Positions 58,253 through 64,000 of a stretch of DNA of 64,000 nt are shown here, in pieces; within the stretch, counting starts at the first letter, position 1, and each line of letters opens with the position of its first letter. The DNA comes from an uncultured Gammaproteobacteria bacterium. GTDB lineage: Bacteria > Patescibacteriota > Microgenomatia > UBA8517. The notes under the pieces were generated by a model that saw nothing but the letters and a program-made list of their open reading frames with translations, searched no databases and was not told the DNA's origin. Where the stretch lies: positions 31,285 to 95,284 of the forward strand of contig CAZPLB010000002.1 of the NCBI GenBank assembly GCA_964587425.1. Direction: 5' to 3'. A program made the translations under genes and the position numbers.

Positions 58253-59306
58253 GCTTGCCTATGTTTAATAATACTCCCACAGCAAAAAGTATTATAGTCA
58301 AACTGCTTCCTCCGTATGAAAAGAATGGCAGTGGAACTCCTGTTAATGGGATGAGGGCAACCATTGAGGCTATATTTAAAAATATTTGTGCCACAAACCA
58401 AGCAATAATCCCAGTTCCCAAAATTAATGAAAATCTGTCAGGTGCATTCATCACAATACGAATTGCCTTGTAAACAAAAAATCCAAGGAGAACAAGTACA
58501 AAGATGGCTCCAACGAAACCCAGTTCCTCAGCAATGTTGGCAAACACTGAATCAGTTGCAACCTCAGGCAAAAAAAGATATTTCTGTCTCCCCTGACCTA
58601 AACCTACTCCAAATAATCCTCCAGACCCCAATGCAATTAAAACTTGGCGAATATGGTACGAGGAAGTTAAAGGGTGACTAGAAGACTCAAGAAATGTAAG
58701 AAGTCTTTGTTTGCGGTATGGGGAGACAATAGTCAGTAAGAATCCAGCAAGAAGCCCTCCAAGTCCTGTTAAGCCAAAAGAAATAAGTGGAACCTTTGCA
58801 ACAAAAAGTTCTGCAAAACAAATTATAATCACAACTATTGTTGTACCAAGATCCGGTTGCAGCATAATTAATCCTCCAATAAGAACCATTGGAATAATTA
58901 GTTTTAAATACGGCTTCTCTAAATCAATTAACTTTGCCATGTAGGCCGCAATACTAAATTTGACTAATTCCGAGGGCTGCAAACTAAAAAAACCAAATGA
59001 AATCCAACGCCTTGCTCCAAGCACCTGAGTACTAAGTCCTGGTATTAAAACAACAACCAATAAAACTAGATTAATTAAAAAAAAGAGAGATGCAAATTTC
59101 CTCCAGAAAGTAAAAGGTACAAGGTAGGCTCCAATCAAGGCAGCAAAACCCACTCCTCCCCAAATTAGCTGTTGTTTTAAAAAGTAAAAGCTATCTCCGA
59201 AATAGTTCTGAGCTTGAGGAGCAGATGCATCAGCAACAGCAACAAACCCCAAAAGAAGAAGAACAATTGTAAGAATGAAGAAGGTTCTTAAATCTTTGCG
59301 AGCCAT
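58176..59306 (-). CDS. ftsW: SEDS-family cell division protein FtsW
   Basis: SEDS motifs (..LQPDLGTT.., ..FLPE.ATDSVFA.IAEELGF..); start placed at the internal ATG (MARKDLR..) to remove a 150-nt overlap with mraY. Confidence 0.75.
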   Translation of the reverse strand: MARKDLRTFFILTIVLLLLGFVAVADASAPQAQNYFGDSFYFLKQQLIWGGVGFAALIGAYLVPFTFWRKFASLFFLINLVLLVVVLIPGLSTQVLGARRWISFGFFSLQPSELVKFSIAAYMAKLIDLEKPYLKLIIPMVLIGGLIMLQPDLGTTIVVIIICFAELFVAKVPLISFGLTGLGGLLAGFLLTIVSPYRKQRLLTFLESSSHPLTSSYHIRQVLIALGSGGLFGVGLGQGRQKYLFLPEVATDSVFANIAEELGFVGAIFVLVLLGFFVYKAIRIVMNAPDRFSLILGTGIIAWFVAQIFLNIASMVALIPLTGVPLPFFSYGGSSLTIILFAVGVLLNIGKHGQAKLGESDSAVSHQYAKPKRRRH

Positions 59307-60343
59307 AACCCAAGTATAGCGAGCATCAGCCCAACTAGCCATGCTCTCATGACTATCTTTGGCTCCTCCCAACCAAGAGCTAAGAATGTGTGATGAATTG
59401 GGGCAAGTGGAAATATTCTTCTTTTCATTAGTTTCCAACCCAAAATTTGAATTGTAGACGAAGCAGCCTCAATAACGAAAACTCCACCAATAATAAATAG
59501 TGGTGCAATATTTCCTGTAATTAACCCTACAACTGCAATCATAGCTCCAAATGAAAGTGCTCCTGTGTCCCCAAGCCAAATACGGGCTGGCCAAACATTA
59601 AAGTAAAGAAATGCCATCACTGCCCCAATCCAAAGTGTCATAAAAATAGAAAGAGGGGTATCCAAGTTGCTTGCAGCAATTATAGTAAAAGCAAAAAGAT
59701 AAATAACAAGAAGACCGCTAGCGAGACCATCCAAACCATCAGTGAAATTAAATGCGTTAGTAAAAAAAACAATTATGGCTGCAGCAAAAGGAACATAAAA
59801 AATACCCAAGTAGATGTTAGCCTCAAGAAGTGGAATATGTACAAAGTTTATACCCAAGAAATAATACAGAACAAAGGCTACAACAAAAGCCAAAAGAAAC
59901 TGCATTAATAACTTAACCTTCCTACTTAAACCAAACACCACTCCCAAATTCCCAGCTCTACCTTTACCAACAATCTTTACAAAATCGTCCAGTAGTCCAA
60001 GTAATCCAAATGCAATAAATGTAAAGAAAATTATGAAGAGCTCATATTTAAGGTCATGGGCAGTGTGTACAAATATCCCAAGTCTTGAAACCATCGGAAA
60101 TAAAATCGCAAAAAGTATACCAACAGTTACAACAAGGAGTATCCCTCCTCCAGTTGGAGTACCAGCCTTCTTATCATGTAATTCATCAAAAAGAGATTTC
60201 TTTTTTCCACCGATACCCTCAACTCGTCTTGTAAATTTAAATTTATATAAAAGGTCTATGAAGGGAACAACAAGAACTGCGTTAATTAGGAATGAAAAAA
60301 TAAGGAGTCCAAGAGTTAGAGGTAGAAGACTTGGAAAATTCAT
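59288..60343 (-). CDS. mraY: Phospho-N-acetylmuramoyl-pentapeptide transferase
   Basis: NAFNFTDGLDGLASG signature; start moved to the ATG at 60343 (track start TTG). Confidence 0.85.
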   Translation of the reverse strand: MNFPSLLPLTLGLLIFSFLINAVLVVPFIDLLYKFKFTRRVEGIGGKKKSLFDELHDKKAGTPTGGGILLVVTVGILFAILFPMVSRLGIFVHTAHDLKYELFIIFFTFIAFGLLGLLDDFVKIVGKGRAGNLGVVFGLSRKVKLLMQFLLAFVVAFVLYYFLGINFVHIPLLEANIYLGIFYVPFAAAIIVFFTNAFNFTDGLDGLASGLLVIYLFAFTIIAASNLDTPLSIFMTLWIGAVMAFLYFNVWPARIWLGDTGALSFGAMIAVVGLITGNIAPLFIIGGVFVIEAASSTIQILGWKLMKRRIFPLAPIHHTFLALGWEEPKIVMRAWLVGLMLAILGLWLAKI

Positions 60344-60369
60344 ATCTGGTTTATTATATAATACAACTA

Positions 60370-61101
60370 ATGCAAACAATAATCGACAACATACTGATAA
60401 ACTATGAACTTTTTGGTGCCGAAAACAAAAGAACAATACTTATTCTCCATGGTTGGAAGAATAGTTTAAAAAACTGGGAAAATATAGCAATAAGTCTAGC
60501 AAAAGAAAACAAAGTAGTTATCATAGACCTACCTGGTTTTGGCAACAGCTCACTTCCAATAAAAAGACCATTTGACACATATGACTATGCAGAATTAGTC
60601 AATAAACTTGTTGAAAAACTAGATTTAAAAAATGTGATATTGGCCGGGCACTCATTTGGTGGAAAAATATCTGTCATCGTGGCATCAAATAATACCAATA
60701 TCAGAAAGCTAGTTTTAATTGACATATCAGGCATAAACGAAAAAAGTTCAATGCTTAGTGTAAAAAAATACTTATTCAAACTAGGTAAGATATTCCTACC
60801 CAAAAATATTGCTGAAAAACTTTCAAAATCACTATCTTCTGACGATTACAAATCAGCAGGAAACTTAAGAGAATCATTTAAAAAAATTATAACCCAAGAT
60901 ATATCGCAGGAAGCAAGTCTAATCAAAATCCCCACACTAATAATTTGGGGTGAAAAAGATAGCGAAGTACCCCTTTCTTCAGCAAGGATACTAAAGAACC
61001 TAATCAAAAATTCAACACTTAGGATTGTGTGGAACACAAATCATCATCCACACCTTGAGAAGCCAGAAAAGTTTTTAGAGATATTAAAAGAATTTATATG
61101 A
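60370..61101 (+). CDS. Alpha/beta-fold hydrolase
   Basis: ILILHGW..LPGFGNS..LAGHSFGG nucleophile elbow; start moved to the ATG at 60370 (track start TTG overlapped mraY). Confidence 0.6.
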   Translation: MQTIIDNILINYELFGAENKRTILILHGWKNSLKNWENIAISLAKENKVVIIDLPGFGNSSLPIKRPFDTYDYAELVNKLVEKLDLKNVILAGHSFGGKISVIVASNNTNIRKLVLIDISGINEKSSMLSVKKYLFKLGKIFLPKNIAEKLSKSLSSDDYKSAGNLRESFKKIITQDISQEASLIKIPTLIIWGEKDSEVPLSSARILKNLIKNSTLRIVWNTNHHPHLEKPEKFLEILKEFI

Positions 61102-62450
61102 TCAAAATTTTAAACATAATTTGCCCAATAAAACTACAGTTAAATATTCTTCAACTTGAAGAATATAAACCTTTAAGATTTTTAAATTGGATTTTAAAGA
61201 ATTTTCTAAAAAGAGAGATTCAAACAAAAAAACCGATCGTATACACTGTCAAAATAAAAAACATAATACTTATTTACACATGCCTATGTCTTCTCTCTTT
61301 TTTTATAACACCATTCATTTCTGTAATACTAATAACACAACCTTATATTGGTTTAATTATCGCATTACTAATACTTAAACCATATGAGATTTACAATAGA
61401 TATAAAACCATCGAAAATAGTAGAAAAAAAATCCTATCTCTCAGAAATTTAAATGTGATCGGGGTAACAGGCAGCTTTGGAAAGACTTCAACAAAAGAAA
61501 TCTTATATCAAATACTCAAAAATAAACACAAAACACTCCGAACTCCCGAAAGTTTCAATACAATTTTCGGAGTTGCAAAAGTTGTAGATCTAGAACTCGA
61601 CAACTCCTATGAATACTTCATTTGTGAAATGGCAGCATATAAAATTGGAGAAATAAAAATACTTTGTTATATGGTTCCACCACAGTACGCCATCCTAACA
61701 GGAATTACCACACAGCATTTCGAACGATTTGGAAGTCTCGAAAATACCGTAAAAGCAAAATTTGAATTAATAAACGCCATAATGAATAAAAATAATATTG
61801 TTTATAATTTAGATGATGACAATGTTCTAAATGAGTTAAAAAGAATAAAAACAAAAATCTCAAACAACATATTATCTGCAAAAAATATAACTTTCGATAA
61901 AAATGGTTCAAACTTCGATTTAGTGATAAATAAAAATACCTATAAAATAAAAACTTCTCTTTTTGGGTCAGCAAATATTAAAAATATAATAATTGCAGCA
62001 AATCTTGCAACCAAATTAGGGTTTTCAAATACAGAATTAGTTGAGGCAATCAAAAATCTAAAACCTTTCGATAACAGAAATGTATTAGTAAACGACAAAA
62101 GAACAACAATTGTAAATAATACCTACAGCAGCAATATTCAGAGTTTTAGGGAAACTTTAAAAACAGCCAAAAAAATAAATGGTAAAAAGGTTTTGGTAAC
62201 TCCAGGGATTGTTGAATTAGGAAGTCTAGAGAAAATAACTCACGAGAATTTAGGAAAGGAAGCACAAGGTGTATTCGATAAGATCATCCTAGTTGGAAAA
62301 AATGATCGAACTAACTCATTTGCAAGTGGGTTAGACAATAATTATAAATTTATAGAGGATACAAGAGCCCAATACTCTGAAACAATAGAAAAACTAAAGA
62401 AGGATTACGAATGGATTTTCCTGGAAAACGACCTAACCCAAAACTATTAA
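61098..62450 (+). CDS. Mur ligase family protein (MurF-like) with an N-terminal two-TM membrane anchor
   Basis: Mur ligase P-loop VIGVTGSFGKTSTKE, central and C-terminal Mur domains; first ~100 aa strongly hydrophobic. Confidence 0.6.
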   Translation: MIKILNIICPIKLQLNILQLEEYKPLRFLNWILKNFLKREIQTKKPIVYTVKIKNIILIYTCLCLLSFFITPFISVILITQPYIGLIIALLILKPYEIYNRYKTIENSRKKILSLRNLNVIGVTGSFGKTSTKEILYQILKNKHKTLRTPESFNTIFGVAKVVDLELDNSYEYFICEMAAYKIGEIKILCYMVPPQYAILTGITTQHFERFGSLENTVKAKFELINAIMNKNNIVYNLDDDNVLNELKRIKTKISNNILSAKNITFDKNGSNFDLVINKNTYKIKTSLFGSANIKNIIIAANLATKLGFSNTELVEAIKNLKPFDNRNVLVNDKRTTIVNNTYSSNIQSFRETLKTAKKINGKKVLVTPGIVELGSLEKITHENLGKEAQGVFDKIILVGKNDRTNSFASGLDNNYKFIEDTRAQYSETIEKLKKDYEWIFLENDLTQNY

Positions 62451-63601
62451 CTTTTTGAACCTTTCGATCCATTGAAATTTTCCAGAATATTACTTTCGAA
62501 GGTCGCATTTAATTTTTCTTTCTTAGCTTTTTTTTCTATGGCCAAATCAATTAATTTATCAAGCAATTTTGTAAAAGATATTCCTTTCTCCTTCCAGAGA
62601 TAAAAAGACAGTGACCCAGGCATGGTGTTAATTTCATTTAGATAAACTTCCTTCTCATCTTTGGAAAGAAGAAAATCCATTCGCACAATCCCTTCACCTC
62701 CAATTTCTGAAAAGAATTTAATGGCATACTCCTCAATTTTTTTATCAGTACTACTTTTAATTGGAGCAGGGATTATCCTTTTTAGAGATGCCATACCCTG
62801 TGATTTTCCTTTCTCTGAGAGATATTTATCTTTAAAACTCAAAACTTCACTTGACGCAATTGGCATTTCAGTAGGCGAAACTTCGTATGGATTATTTCCC
62901 AAAAGAGATATGTTAACTTCCTTTGCACTACTTACACCTTGTTCCACTAAAACTTTGTTATCATAGAAAAATGCTATATTTAATGCTTCATCAAGCTCTT
63001 TTTTATTTTCTACTCTCTTTATACCTATCGACGACCCTAAATGTACTGGTTTTACATAAACAGGATATTTTAAGCCATCCATTGCCATCTTTCGCTCACT
63101 ATCACTTACCCAATTCCCTGGCAAAACAGGTATGTCAATTGCCTGTGCTACTCTTTTGCTAAGCATTTTATCCATCCCAATTCCAGATGCAGTAACCCCA
63201 CACCCGACATAGGCCAAATTAGACACTTCCAATAATCCTTGAATACTTCCATCTTCTCCGAAACGCCCATGAAAAACTGGAAAAACAACATCTATTTCTT
63301 CTTTTACAAGCGGTTTAAAAAAAGTATAAGTACTGGGAGGCTCAACCAAATAATTAATAGCTGTATCTGGAGTTATAAAAGCGTAATCTTTATTCTTAAT
63401 TGACCTATCAAAATTTCTAAATATCGATACGTCAAAGAACCTCTCGTCCCCCTTTACCCATCTACCTTCTTTAGTAATATAAACAGGTATAACATCATAT
63501 TTATCTTTATCTAGTGCATTTAAAACTTGAATTCCACTAATAATAGATACCTCGTGTTCAGTAGAAACCCCACCAAACAAAACCACTACTTGTTTCTTCA
63601 T
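62447..63601 (-). CDS. ddl: D-alanine--D-alanine ligase
   Basis: N-terminus VVVLFGGVSTEHEVSIISG, ATP-grasp core, C-terminal ..EINTMPG.. motif. Confidence 0.8.
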   Translation of the reverse strand: MKKQVVVLFGGVSTEHEVSIISGIQVLNALDKDKYDVIPVYITKEGRWVKGDERFFDVSIFRNFDRSIKNKDYAFITPDTAINYLVEPPSTYTFFKPLVKEEIDVVFPVFHGRFGEDGSIQGLLEVSNLAYVGCGVTASGIGMDKMLSKRVAQAIDIPVLPGNWVSDSERKMAMDGLKYPVYVKPVHLGSSIGIKRVENKKELDEALNIAFFYDNKVLVEQGVSSAKEVNISLLGNNPYEVSPTEMPIASSEVLSFKDKYLSEKGKSQGMASLKRIIPAPIKSSTDKKIEEYAIKFFSEIGGEGIVRMDFLLSKDEKEVYLNEINTMPGSLSFYLWKEKGISFTKLLDKLIDLAIEKKAKKEKLNATFESNILENFNGSKGSKS

Positions 63602-63640
63602 AGAAATTAATTATATACCAACACAATAATATTGTTTAAC

Positions 63641-64000
63641 TTACACGCTTTCAACATCTGGAGATATACATACATGAAAACAAGTGGGAGTACATTGATC
63701 ATCTTCAATAAAATTCTCTACTATTAGATTGCAAAAACCTGAATTGGCATAAGAAGATAAAATTGAACCCAAACTTTCAAATATTAACGGCTGATAACCC
63801 AAAGATAATTTATCATTCCAAACATTTACTCCCGAAATTTGACCAGCACTATCAACCAAATAATGGCTTCGCAAACTTATATCAAACGCTGCCCCAGCAG
63901 CATGAGCACTCGTTCCAACACGAGCGGCACGATACCATTCCGAACTATTTACGATTTCATCTTGAAGTGTGTCGCTCCTATATAAACTGGTAACCGCTAA
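63641..64000 (-). CDS. Partial CDS (3' end only; gene continues beyond the window end), unknown function
   Basis: Open frame continuous from the window edge to the stop at 63641. Confidence 0.3.
   Translation of the reverse strand, partial: LAVTSLYRSDTLQDEIVNSSEWYRAARVGTSAHAAGAAFDISLRSHYLVDSAGQISGVNVWNDKLSLGYQPLIFESLGSILSSYANSGFCNLIVENFIEDDQCTPTCFHVCISPDVESV

Noticed and set aside
58176-60436. Apparent 150-nt ftsW/mraY overlap and 106-nt mraY/hydrolase overlap
   Set aside because: Both are artefacts of TTG/GTG starts in the ORF track. Internal ATG starts (ftsW 59306, mraY 60343, hydrolase 60370) remove the overlaps.
1-64000. CRISPR arrays, rRNA genes, prophage or integrase genes
   Set aside because: I scanned by eye for regularly spaced direct repeats, rRNA-like conserved stretches and integrase/recombinase motifs and found none. 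The only mobile-element trace is the IS1595 remnant.

Overview
This window reads as a low-GC bacterial chromosome segment with very compact, operonic gene packing, possibly a Patescibacteria/CPR-like lineage (inference only). It contains about 65 protein genes, 5 tRNAs (Asp-GTC, Gly-CCC, His-GTG with an encoded G-1, Thr-CGT, Val-CAC), a T-box leader upstream of ileS, and one promoter-plus-terminator-bounded non-coding RNA candidate. Housekeeping content includes dnaE, a gatC-gatA-MFS-gatB operon, htpX-lemA, a PolX polymerase, pepF, a polyamine operon (speH, a methyltransferase, speE) fused to an aaRS-paralog operon (HisRS-like, proS, AsnA-like), msrB, lepB, parB, rpmA, rplU, rodA, ileS, and a dcw-like cluster (ftsZ, ftsA, ftsQ, murG, ftsW, mraY, a MurF-like ligase, ddl). 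The most notable calls are a 374-aa LAGLIDADG intein splitting the FtsZ GGGTGTG GTP-binding motif, and a single-polypeptide Type IIG-like restriction-modification enzyme next to an IS1595-family transposase remnant inside a surface-glycan gene cluster. Other items worth a look are a retropepsin-like protease paired with a DUF5678-like gene beside tRNA-Asp, two C39-like peptidases with a VanW-like and a LysM protein, a three-gene secreted-protein operon including a Cys-rich beta-helix-like protein, and several unannotatable ORF islands. The ORF track uses TTG/GTG as starts in places; several gene starts were moved to internal ATGs where that removed implausible overlaps. No CRISPR array and no rRNA were seen.
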